From Phaeosaccion multiseriatum (taxonomy: Eukaryota; Protista; Ochrophyta, other classes), in the NCBI GenBank assembly GCA_965112735.1, contig OZ218962.1:2356001-2420000 (forward strand): DNA of 64,000 bases, read 5' to 3'. The notes below the pieces were generated by a model. It made no database searches. It was given only the letters and a program-made list of their open reading frames with translations, and was not told the DNA's origin. Below are positions 12,193 through 24,335 of this stretch, in pieces (position 1 is the stretch's first letter; each line of letters opens with the position of its first letter). Made by a program: the position numbers and the translations under genes.

Positions 12193-12780
12193 GTGAGTGA
12201 GTGAGTGAGTGAGTGAGTGAGTCAGTCAGTCGATGAGTGAGTGAGTGAGTGAGTGAGTGAGTGAGTAAGTGAGTGAGTCAGTCAATGAGTGAGTGAGTGA
12301 GTGAGTCAGTGAGTGAGTGAGTCAGTCAGTCAATGAGTGAGTGAGTGAGTGAGTCAGTGAGTGAGTCAGTGAGTGAGTGAGTCAGTCAGTCAATGAGTGA
12401 GTGAGTGAGTGAGTCAGTGAGGGAGTCAGTGAGGGAGTGAGGGAGTGAGTGAGTGAGGGATTGTGTGAGTGAGTGAGTGAGTGAGTGAGTGAGTGGGTGA
12501 GTGAGTGAGTGAGTGAGTGAGGGGTGAGGGAGTGAGTTAATGAGTGAGGGAGTGAGTGAGTCAGTGAGTAAGGGAGGGAGTGTGGGAGTGAGTGTTTGAG
12601 TGCGGGAGTGAGTGAATGAGTGAGTGATTGAGGAGTGATGGAGGGAGGCAGGGTGTGAGTGAGTGAGTGAAAGAATGATGGAGTAAGTGAGGGAGTGAGG
12701 GATGTGAGTGAGTACGTAAGTGAGTAGGGGAGGGTATGAGTGAGTGAGTAAGGGAGTGAGTGAGTGAGTGAGTGAGTAAG
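12190..12780. repeat. Degenerate (GAGT)n tract starting at the stop codon
   Basis: Direct reading. Confidence 0.9.
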
Positions 12781-12908
12781 TAAACCGGTGGGCGAGCACA
12801 ACGCTACTTGCTTGCTGTACTTGCGCCTTTGGCGCACCTCCCACCATCTCTGGAACATGTCGCTATCATAAACCCCCTCTCTCTCTTCCGACACATGACA
12901 CTCACCCA

Positions 12909-15900
12909 ATGCTCGAAACGCTTAAACGCTTGGACCTTACACTTGAACGTTTCAGATTCCACCTGCAGCAGCTCGGAAGGATAAAAAACTCCAAAGGCTC
13001 AGGTGGGTACACCCTGGTACGGTTTGGTATATGACATGCGTATGAATCATGGTACTTGCATATTGTTCCGTATTCTTCCTTTATCAACTTTCAGGGTGAG
13101 GGCTCACGTAAGGAGCAGATTGATACCGCTCCTTTTTACGTTTTCTCTCCTATCCATTTTCATATGTATACTATTCTATATATATAGTACGTGTATTTGC
13201 TATATATACTATTCTATATATAGTACGTGTATTCGCTACTTAGAGGGCACGCGCACCGCGCTCCTTGGTCGGTCGCCACTTGGATCTCATCTCATCCAGT
13301 TTCCCCCTCCCCCCCCCCTCTCTCCTCTCTTTCCCTGTCCCTCTCTCTCACCATCTCCCTCTCTTCCTCTCTTCCACCCCCCCCCCCCACCCCTGTCTGT
13401 CTCTCTCTGTCTCTGGCTGTCTCTCTCCCCCTCCCCGCCCTCTTTCTCTCTCTCCATCCCCCACCTTCCCTCTTTCTCTCTCACCCCCTCCCTGTCTTTG
13501 CCTAAACGCTACACGCAATTACACGCAATTACATGTTCACACAAACAAACCAACGAAACACACAAAACACAACACAACACAACACAACAGCCTATGCGAA
13601 ACTCCGCAGACGGTGCGCACCTCCCTCCCGTCGAGCTTCTGCCCCTAACGATCCCACCACCGAAGGCTCAGTGAACACCAATGGAGATGCCACTGGCACT
13701 ACTGCAGAGGGTGTGAGGGCAGCAGTGAGAGGCGTCAGGACAGCAGGAGGAGATGCCAGGGGGGCAGGGACTGCAACCGCCAGGAGGGAGGACGGCAGCA
13801 GCCGTAAGGGTGAGCCCCTCTACGGGAGAGAACGGGACCCGCAGCAGCAGCAGCAGCAGCAGGAGGAGGAGCAGGCGCAGCAGGAGCAGCGACGTCCCGA
13901 GGAGAAGGAGGAGAAGGAGGAGGAGGGGTTGGTGGTACGGCAGCAGGAGAAGGAACAGCAGCCGCAGCAGCAGCAGTTGGTGATACAGCAGCTGCAGCAG
14001 CAGGAGGAGGAGCAGCGCTCACACTTGCCCTTGCCTGTGGTGTCTCTCATTTTCGCTCTCGCCGGCGAGGTGACGGGCCTGGGTCGGGCCTGCTGCGTCT
14101 GCACCCGTTGGAATCGCGCCATTTCCGGTGACCGCCAACTGTGGAAGTGGTGTGTACGGTGGGGGTCACTGAGCGCGGCTGCTCGGCCTGCCTTCTGGCT
14201 AAGGTGTTCACAGCAGGCGGCGGCACTGCAAGCCGAGTCCATCGTCTCCACTCGGAAACACTCGTCCTCCACCTCTTCCTCCTCTTCCTCCTCCTCTTCC
14301 TCTGCCTCTCCCTCCTCCTCCTCCTCCTCCTCCTCCTCCTCGGCTGCATCAGGAGCAAGTGGGGGAGCAGGGCGAAGAGCCGGCTCGCTCTCGTCTACTC
14401 ATGGCCCAGGACAGCAGCAGGAGCAGCAGCAAAGGCAGCAGCAAAGGCAGCAGCAAGGGCCGAAGAGCACCAGGGAGAGTGCCACGAAACCCAGTGCAGT
14501 AGCAACTAGTACTACAGCTGCTGCTGTATCACCAACTGCTGCTGCTGCTGCTGCTACTGCATCACCAACTGCTGCGGCTTCGGCGGCGAAGGCAGCGCGT
14601 CAAGGCCAGACCGCCCTGTATGAGAAGCTTGTGCTGGTGGGGAGGGACACCAAATGGAGAGAGGTCATCGCTGTGGATGTCGAGAGGAGGTGAGTGAGTG
14701 TGTGTGAGACATCACACCATGGATCGATTGATAGACACAACGATTGATGGATGGATGGATGGACGGATGGATGGGTAGATAAATGGATGGATGGATGGAT
14801 GGATGGATGAATGGGTGGATGGGTAGATAGATGGATGAATGGATAGATGGATGGATGGATGGATGGGTAGATAGATGGATGGATGGATGGATGGATGAAT
14901 GGATGGATATATGGAAGGTGGGTAGATGGGTGGATGACAATTGATAGATGGCTCTAAATGATTGAAAACAAAGATCGACGCGCTGTTGGGCGAGCGGCTT
15001 CGTTTCGTGCTGCGATAGAAGTGCCAACTGTGTGCCTTCCCCTTTTTGTTTGTTCATTTCAGTTCGTTTTTCTTCCTTTTTTTGGTTCTCCTTCTGCCCT
15101 TTTGTTTCATCCCACTCCTCACCCAACCCAAATTCCGAAACCGCTGAAACTGTTACCCCCCCCCCCCCTCGACAGTTGGGCCGTCTCTCCAGATCTGCGT
15201 GCAAACGACAATCCTGCTCTATTCCGACCTGGCTTGGAGAAGGTAGGAAGTGCCGCAATTTAACCCACACCACACACCACACGGCACCACACCACACTCT
15301 CCTCTTCCTCCTTCTCATCCTCTTCTTCCTCTTCCTCCTCTTTCTCCTCCTCTTCCTCCTCTTTCTCCTCTTTCTCCTCTTTCTCCTCCTCCTCCTCCTC
15401 CTCCTCCTCCTCCTCCTCCTCCTCCTCCTCCTCCTCCTCCTCCTCCTACAGGACGACGAGACTGACGGAAAGGGCGGTGCGTGGGACAAAGAGACCAGTG
15501 GAGAGCCTTACCTCGCGTGTGCCGTGAACCGCGTGCTGCTCGCCGTGGCTGCCATCGACGCCGGAGAGGACGGGGTGGGATACTGTCAGGTGTGTGGTGT
15601 GTGTGTATGTGGAGGTTCACAGATGGTGTGTGGAGGGCCTCCCTCTCTTCCTCTCTCTCGATCCGTCTACCTTTAATATCGCTCGCGCAACTCCCCCTCC
15701 CTCTCTCTTGCTCTTCCCCTCGGTCTATCGTTCTTGCTCTCGCCCCTCCCCCCCGTATGTCAATTTGAAGGGTACCGGGGTGATTCACATGCATGCATCA
15801 AGGAGCTAATCATTCCGCCCCATCTCCCCACGCACACCACCCCCCACGTGCCTCTTCTTCTCTTTCACCTCCCCCCTGTCCTGCTCCCCCTCCCACCCAC

Positions 15901-16258
15901 CCACCCACCCACCCACCCACCCACCCACCCACCCTCCCATCCATCCCCCCACCCACCCATCCATCTACCAACGCACCCACCCACCCACCCATCTACCCAT
16001 CCACCCTCCTACCTTCTCACATACGTACCCGTACCTCTACACACACACCTGTTGGTGATACAGGGCATGAACTATGTGGTGCAGAATACGTGTCGGGTCT
16101 TCTCAGCGAGTAGCGTGTTCCTCGAGCGTTACGGAGCTGCAGGGGCGGAGGAGAGGGCATTCACACACGTGGAGAGCATGCTCCATACATACGGCCTCAA
16201 TGCTATGGTACGGTGTACATTCATTCAGTTTCGGTTACTTGAATGTCAAGAGTGCTTG

Positions 16259-16289
<31 letters not shown>

Positions 16290-16502
16290 AACCCCCCCCC
16301 CCCCCCGCCCCCTCAGTACATGCCGGGCATGCTGCAGCTGCAAGTAAGGTGCCTGCAGTTCGCCTCTCTCCTCAAAAGGGCCATGCCGCACTTGTCGGAC
16401 CACTTCAAAGCACAGGGACTCTTCGTGGAGATGTTTGCCATCGGGTAAGAGTAAGAGTGAGGGGAAGGGGAGGGGGGGGGGGGTCTAGGGGTGATGGTGA
16501 TG

Positions 16503-16547
<45 letters not shown>

Positions 16548-16618
16548 GGGGTGAGGGTGAGGGTGGAGGGTGAGGGTGAGGGTGAGGATGAGGGTGAGGG
16601 TGAGGGTGAGGGTGAGGA

Positions 16619-16685
<67 letters not shown>

Positions 16686-18769
16686 AAAAATGAGGGCGTG
16701 TAAATCTGAGATTACATGGAGAAGGGGAGGGTGGGTCAGGGTACGGATTAGCGTGAGGGTTATTATATTATACTATAATTAGATGTTATACTCAGAGAGG
16801 GAGGAGTGAGTGCCCTTGACAAACGCTTGGATGGATTGGGCGTAAGGTAGTGAGTGCTTTTGTCAAACCTTTGCATGGATTGGATGAATTGGGATCACTC
16901 GGCCCGGCCCCCACTCACTCTACTTCCTCTTCCGCCCTCCGCGGTGCCCCCTTCCACCCCGCCCCTTCTACCCCCTCCTCTGCTCCCCTCCAACCCCTCT
17001 TCTGCCCCCTTGCTGTGCCCCCTTCGACCCCCTCCTCTGCTCCCCTCCAACCCCTCTTCTGCCCCCTTGCTGTGCCCCCTTCTACCCCCTTGCTGTGCCC
17101 CCTTCTACCCCCCTCCTCTGCTCCCCTCCAACCCCTCTTCTGCCCCCTTCCACCCCGCCCCTTCTACCCCCTCCTCTGCTCCCCTCCAACCCCTCTTCTG
17201 CCCCCTTGCTGTGCCCCCTTCTACCCCTCCTTCTCCCCCCCCACTCCCCTTGTTCCTGCGACCCTGTGCTTGGGTAACCCCATCCCTTCATGCATCCTTC
17301 GTCCAGCTGGTTTCAGACGCTTTTCATCTACCTTGATGTCTTACCGGCAGCGACGGTTACACGGTACGTACATTCACTCTCCCCCGTCTTCTCTTTTTCA
17401 TTGAGTGTCTGGGTAGGGTCGAGTACATGGGTTACTCGAACAAGTCCGTGGATGACGAGGACTACTCACCCACCTCACGAACTCCTCTCTTGGCGGCTTC
17501 TCTCGATGCTTCACTTGGCTGACTTGGCTTGCTCTTGTTTCCCCTGCTTTTGCTTTGTCTTGCCTTGCGTCGCCTTGTGCGTTGCGAACAGCATCTGGGA
17601 TGTCTTCCTCTTCGAGAGAAGCTGGAAGATTGTAAGTGGCGAATGAGGGGACAGAGAGAGAGAGACAGAGACAGAGAGGAAAAGCATCCTTGCTTGCTTA
17701 CTTATCAACGTGTCTACTCCCCCCCCCCTTTCTCCTCCACTCGTCACTCCCATCCTGACACCATACCTCACCACACCACACCACATCACACCACACCAAA
17801 CCACACCACACGTCATGAACTCCATTGTGCACTATGCATTCCGTCCCGCTTCCTTTCATTCTGACACCAAACCCTACCCACCCGCCCACCCACCCACCCA
17901 CCCGCCCATTGACTTACTACCCCATTTGAAATGGAACTGCCTATTGAACGTCTCCTTCTCTACCCGTTCAAAACAGGTCTTCCGGGTGGCCCTGGCCATC
18001 CTGAAGCTGGTGGAGGGCTCTCTTTTGCAGATGGAGCTCGATAGCACGCTCGGCTTCCTCAACGACTATCCGAGTAAGTCAGGGAGGAGGGGAAGGCGGT
18101 CGTTGGTTCGTTGGTTGGTCGGTAGGTCAGTTGGTTGGTTGGTCGGTAGGTAGGAGGGTTGGTTGGGTTGGGTTGGGTGTGTATGTTTGAGTGTGTGTTT
18201 GAGTGGTTGGTGGGTTTGTTTGTTGGGTTGGATGTGTATGTTTGAGTGCGTGTTTTGAGTGGTTGGTAGGGTGTTTGGTCGGTTGGCCGTAGTTGATGAG
18301 CGACTTTTGCACTGTGCGGGGAAAGCGCGAGCGAAGGCGCGACTGAGAAATGATACACCATAATATGATGATGAGAAGAACATGACAAGATGACATTAAC
18401 CTCCACCTCCTCTCCCTCTCCCTCCCTTCCTCCCTCCCTCCCTCCCTCCCTCCCTCCCTCCCTCCCTCCCTCCCTCCCTCCCTCCCTCCCCTCCCTCCCT
18501 CCTTCGCCCCCACACCCTCCCCCGGATTCTTTTCTTTTCTCGGTGCCTGCACCCCCCGCCCGCCCGCCCTCCTCAACTCTTCTTCTATTCCTTGACTTAC
18601 TTGAATCACTGACCGACTTGACCCTCTCTCAGATGCGGCAGAAACACTGCAGGAGGGCAGGCTCGTGAGGGCGGCCCTGGACATTAGAGTGTCGGAGCGG
18701 CAGCTGCAAGCATTGGAGCGGCGGTGGACACACAGAAGAACGACGCCCACAGAAACCGCACATATATAG
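12909..18769 (+). CDS. F-box + TBC (Rab-GAP) domain protein, ~10 exons
   Basis: Phase-consistent splicing gives F-box-like [44 protein letters not shown] motifs follow: [23 protein letters not shown] (Arg finger), VGYCQ|GMNY (Gln finger), YMPGM...[41 protein letters not shown]. Stop TAG at 18767-18769. Confidence 0.9.
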
Positions 18770-19703
18770 ATAGACACAGATGGGATCTTGAGGGAAGGGG
18801 GGTAGATACAGTCAGCACTCTCCTTCTCTCTCTCTTCTGATGTCTTCTTTGACCCTCTTGCTGAGTCAATCGGTGCCTGCCTGCCCTTGCGTGTGTGTGT
18901 GTGTGGAGTGGTGTGTGGGTGCTCGCTCCACCCACTCTGGGGCTCTCCTTTGCTGGTGCTGGAGCACGGCCTTTCCCTTGATTCACACTATACTCAGTTT
19001 AAAAAAAATGAAAATAAAAAAAATACAATTTTAATTTTACCAGTACTTCGAAGTATTACGGTGAGCAAGAGGTTCGACGACAAAGAGGGACAGCTTTCAG
19101 TCATTCCACACGACTGAAACTGATCGTTCTCTCCCTACACCCCTCTCTGATGTTACCCTGTTACCTCCCTACTGTAATCAGCACCGAACGCGCTACTACC
19201 ACACATAGCACCTACTCTTCTTCTACTGCTACTACTACTACTGCTACTACTACTACTACTACTATTACTACTACTACTACTACTGCTACTACTACTTTGC
19301 AGCCTCTGCCTGGGTATGCCACGTAACTGCACACATTTCCTCTCCTCTCCTCTCCTCAATCTACTTTACTGTCTACTGTCTCCTCTACTCATATTCAAGG
19401 GCATCTCCCCCTCCTCGCCTTCTTCAGTACCCTCTCTCTCCTCTCCCTCTCCGTCACTCCCTCTATCCTGCCCTCTCCGGCACTGCCCCTCCTCTTCTCT
19501 CTCCCTCCTCTCCCCTCCATGTCGTCATCCTCTTCCCCACCACTTCCCTCTCCTCTCTCACTCGACATCCTCCCTCGCAAGGCCTTAGCCTTACACCCCC
19601 CCCCCCCTCCCACTCAAATTTTTAAAAAAATATAAAAACGTCTCCAAACTATCCCTCCTCCATTCTTGATACGTTCTCGCTCTTCCGGTCCTCACTTTCG
19701 TCA

Positions 19704-22700
19704 TCATGAATGCTGTTTACTTCGGTCCTCACTTTCGTCATCATGAATGCTGTTTACTTCCATGTCACCACCCCCTGCAGCGCCCCCTCCACCCGGACCA
19801 AAGGCATCGCTGCGAACAGAGGCATTCCTCGACAACATGCCAATGTCTGCCCGCCTGCCCAAAGGCCCGACCCCGCCACTACTCGCAAAGGGGGTGGAAG
19901 TCGCTCCGCACAAGTCTTCTCTCTTGCCCCCCCCCAAAGCAGCGATTCCTCCTCCTCCACTGCTGCTGCCGAATGGAGTACCGGCTGTAGCTCCTCCACC
20001 GCCTACTCCACCGACGTCCTCCCTCCTGCCCAGAGGGACCACTCCTCCCCCACCGCTACCGAAAGGAGCGACTCCAGAACCAAGTTCTTCTCGCCTCCCT
20101 AAGGCAATGATTCCTCCACTCCTGAAGCTTCCCTCGCTCCCTCCGCGGCTGGACCCGGGCGGACGCTGCGAATAATCGCCTGCCCGGGGATGGACTTGCA
20201 AAGACATGGTTCGCAGGTTGGTGAAGGAAGCAGGAGCAACAAAGCTTTGGCCGTCCGCACCCAAATCGGCAGAGCCGCTGTTGTTTGCTTCTTCGTCCAG
20301 AACGGAAGAAGGAGACCGAAAAGGGAGATGCAGGCATCTCTTGAAGTGCTTTAGATTCTTCCAGACGAGCTTGGGGTACTCGTCGACCCAAGTCTGCTTG
20401 GTCCGGGCCTTGATAAAGTCCCTCTTAGCGTAACGCTCGCGACGCTCTTGTCGAAGCTTCTCTTCGACGGGATCGGCCAGGACGGCGGCTGCCCAAAGAG
20501 GGGAGGTAAGAGTCCAAAGGGGCCGGTGAGAGAGGGGGGTAGGATATGTTGGTCATCAGTTCCAGTTCCAGTTCATAGGCACACCACAAACGCACACACT
20601 AACACACACACACTCACTCACTCACTCACTCACACTCACGCGCGCGCGCACACACACACTTACGCCCAAGCTAACACCAAGAGCAGCCAAGGCAGTTCAG
20701 ACGGGTGGAGGGGGGAGGGCTCTCCTTGGCTGGAAACCTCAAGCCTATTCCACCCCTTCTGTCTACTTGCTTCAAGCCTATTCCACCCCTTCTGTCTACT
20801 TGCTTCAAGCCTAATATATAATACATATATCCACCTCTTCTGTCTACTTGCTTCAAGCCTATTCCACCTCTTCTGTCTACTTGCTTCAAGCCTAATATTA
20901 TATACATATATATATTAATATATATATAATATATATATATTATATTTCCACCTCTTCTGTCTACTTGCTTCAAGCCTATTCCACCTCTTCTGTCTACTTG
21001 CTTCAATGCCACTTTCACTCACCTCCGCCATCCGATTCCTCTTCCCTCCGCTCTTCCCTGTCACGAGCCCTCCTCTCCCATGCCGCCCTTGCCGTCTGCC
21101 ACAGGCCCATGCCGGCGTCGATGTACAAAGGGATGGATACAAAGAGAATAAATATGACTTGGAGGGCGTATAGAGCAGCGGGGCCTTTCGAAGACAGCTG
21201 CAGAGCCCGGAGGAGGAGGAGGAGGAGGAGGAGGAGGAGGAGGGGGAAGGGGGCGGCAGATGGAAGGGGCAGGGGAAAGGGGGAGGGGATCGGTTAGACA
21301 GGCCTGGCTGGGGCTATTATTAAACAATCCTTTGTGCTGCTTACTGCAAGACAAGCGATGGAAGGAAGGAAGAAAGGAAGGAAGGAAGGAACGAAGGAAG
21401 GAAAAGAGGGAACAAGAAAGGGAGGAAGGGAGATAGGGAAGGAAGGAAGGAAGGAAAGGAGGGAGGCAGGGAAGGAAGGAAAGCAGGAAGGAAGGAAGCA
21501 AGCACGGAAGGGAGGGAGGGACGAAAGGAAGGAAGGAAGGGAAGCATGTGTGGATTGGCCAAGGCCGCGGCCTTTGTTGGCCTTTGGGATGGGTCATCTC
21601 CACTTGTCTGAACCCAAACTCAACAACTCAAACTCAAACTCACCTTGGACCCCGGTGTGGAGTACTGCATCGCAAGCAAGATGGCCATTGTGACGGAGTT
21701 GACCGCCGCTGCGAGGCCGGCCGCAAGGTTTAAACTCTTGTTCCAGAAGGGCTGCAGCAGCACCACCAAGGTCAGTGTCAGCAACATAAAGCTGAGGATA
21801 ATGAACATCTTGACTTTGGGGCCTGGGATGAAGACGGCGACGAGGGTTAGACCGATAATCTCCATCAGGGCAAAGATGGCAAAGTAGAGTCCCTTGTCGG
21901 TGTAGTCGGCGTAGATGGGTTCGTTGCCGATACGAAGCAACTCCGCCTCCTGCCAAGGGGTTGATGGGTTGGTTGTTGATTGATGGGTTGGTTGTTGATT
22001 GATGGGTTGGTTGTTGGTTGATGGGTTGGTTGTTGATTGATGGGTTGGTTGTTGATTGATGGGTTGGTTGTTGATTGATGGGTTGGTTGTTGATTGATGG
22101 GTTGGTTGTTGATTGATGGGTTGGTTGTTGATTGATGGGTTGGTTGTTGGTTGATGGGTTGGTTGTTGATTGATGGGTTGGTTGTTGATTGATGGGTAGG
22201 TTGTTGATTGATGGGTTGGTTGTTGATTGATGGGTTGGTTGTTGATTGATGGGTTGGTTGTTGGTTGATGGGTTGGTTGTTGATTGATGGGTTGGTTGTT
22301 GGTTGATGGGTTGGTTGTTGATTGATGGGTTGGTTGATCGGTGTCGGTGCAAAAGTGAGCAGGGGCGGGGCAGGGCCGGGCGGGGCAGAAGAAGCGCGAT
22401 GTGGGAGTGCGTGAGTGCGTGAGGGCGTGCGTGCGTGAGGGCGTGCGTGCGTGCGTGAGTGAGAGTTGAGTCATTGGCTTGTGGCCCGAGCGTCGGGGCT
22501 CTGAATTAGGCTAAGCTTGGGGTCAGGACCAATGATCGCACGGTCATCAAAAGGGCAGAAAAACCCTTGCCACTTATCTAGGCTCTCACTCACTCGCTTC
22601 ACTCACTCACTCACTCACTCACTCACTCACTCACTCACTCACTCACTCACTCACTCACTCACTCACTCACTCACTCACTCGCTTCACTCACTCACTTCAC

Positions 22701-24302
22701 TCACTCACTTCACTCACTCGCTTTCTCACTCACTCGCCCACTCGCCTCCCTTCCTCACTCACTGACTCACTCGCTCGCATCCCTCCCTCCCTCCCTCTCT
22801 CCCTCCCTCCTTCCCTCTCTCCCTCCCTCCTTCCCTCCCTCCCTCACTCCCTCTCCCTCCCTCTCTCCCTTTCTCCCTCCCTTCCTCCATCCCTCCCGCT
22901 TCACCTCCCTCCTTCCCTTCCTCCCTCCCTCCCTCCTTCACCTGCACGCGCTCCTTCAACAGCCTGTCAGGCATCGTGGAGGTGGCCAACGCCAGGGGTT
23001 CGTTCTGGTACACGGTCTTCCACTCTCCTGGAGGAGTGAGCACACAAGAGAAGAGTGAGTCGCTGGAATTCAGTCGCCGCCAGGGGCAACGCCACGCCAT
23101 GCAGTTGGGGAGTGCGTGGATCAGAGTCACGGGGGAGGGCTGGCACGCACACACGTCAAATAATACACAACACACCCACACGCACACGCACCCACGCACA
23201 CGCACACGCACACGTAGAGGCACACACACACGCACGCATGAACGCACTCACGCACGGACCCACTCACGCACGAACACACGCACGCACACACGCAAACACG
23301 CACACACCTGTATCAAAGCATGACAGGAATCGCTCCGTGCCGTGAGTGGCCTCTGTGAAGGAGTCCAAAACCTTTCTACGAACGCTTCTCTCGTCCGTTT
23401 CATCCTTCTCGTAACGCACAAAGACAAGTTGGTGGGGAGCCCCGCGCTTCTGCCGCAGCAGCTTGGCCAGGACGATGAACGCGTACGCACACACCAACAG
23501 GGGGATGAAGATTAAGGCGAGGGCACCCAGCACTCTCGCCCACCCGCAGGACGATTTCATGACCATCAGATCCGCCAAGGTGGTTCCTTCCACGAGAAAG
23601 AGCACAACAACGAGAAGCATGTTTGGGTAGAAAACCCAGGACTTCGCCCGGGCGGCCTTTTCGATCCCTCCTGCTCCATACTCATCCCCCTCTACTCCAT
23701 CCGAGCCTCGATCTCGGCCTTGGCCTCTCTCCTCCCTGTTGTCATCCTCTTGTCGTTGCCTTGCCGCCGCGATGACAGCAGCGGCAGAAACGACAGCAGC
23801 AGCGTCCACCGAAGAATAACACACTTCAGAAGAAGAGGCGCTCGCCAGATGTGCCGCTTCTGCCGCCGAGTACTCTGGCACAACCACTTCCGAAGCTGTT
23901 CTCTCTCTTGCTCTAGATCCCATGCGGCGCCGCAGTACAGCGACAGTGCCGTCTGTGCGAAGCTCCACGTCTCGATCCTCGTCGCCGAATTCGCTCCCCC
24001 CCTCCGCACGAGCGAGGGCTCTGGCCCTGACCTCTCCCAAGGCCGAAGGCACTGCGCTGCTGACGCGGTAATTGGTTGGGACAGCCAAGGGCAGAGCACG
24101 CACTCGCTTGGCGTCCTTCCTCTCCCTCCTCGCTTGCAGGTGCGCGGCGGAGAGCTGACGGCGGAACGATTCACTCACCGCCTCAAAGGCCACGTCAGAA
24201 GCATCATCACCATTGCCTAACCCATAGTTGCCACCACGGCCATCGTCGTTGCCGCCATCGTTGCCATAATCATCATCATCATCATCATCATCGTTGTGGT
24301 CG

Positions 24303-24335
<33 letters not shown>

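Noticed and set aside
20739-21006. CRISPR-like array (33-bp repeats with inserts)
   Set aside because: It lies in a eukaryotic intron, most repeats are directly adjacent, the inserts are simple AT runs of unequal length, and there are no cas genes.
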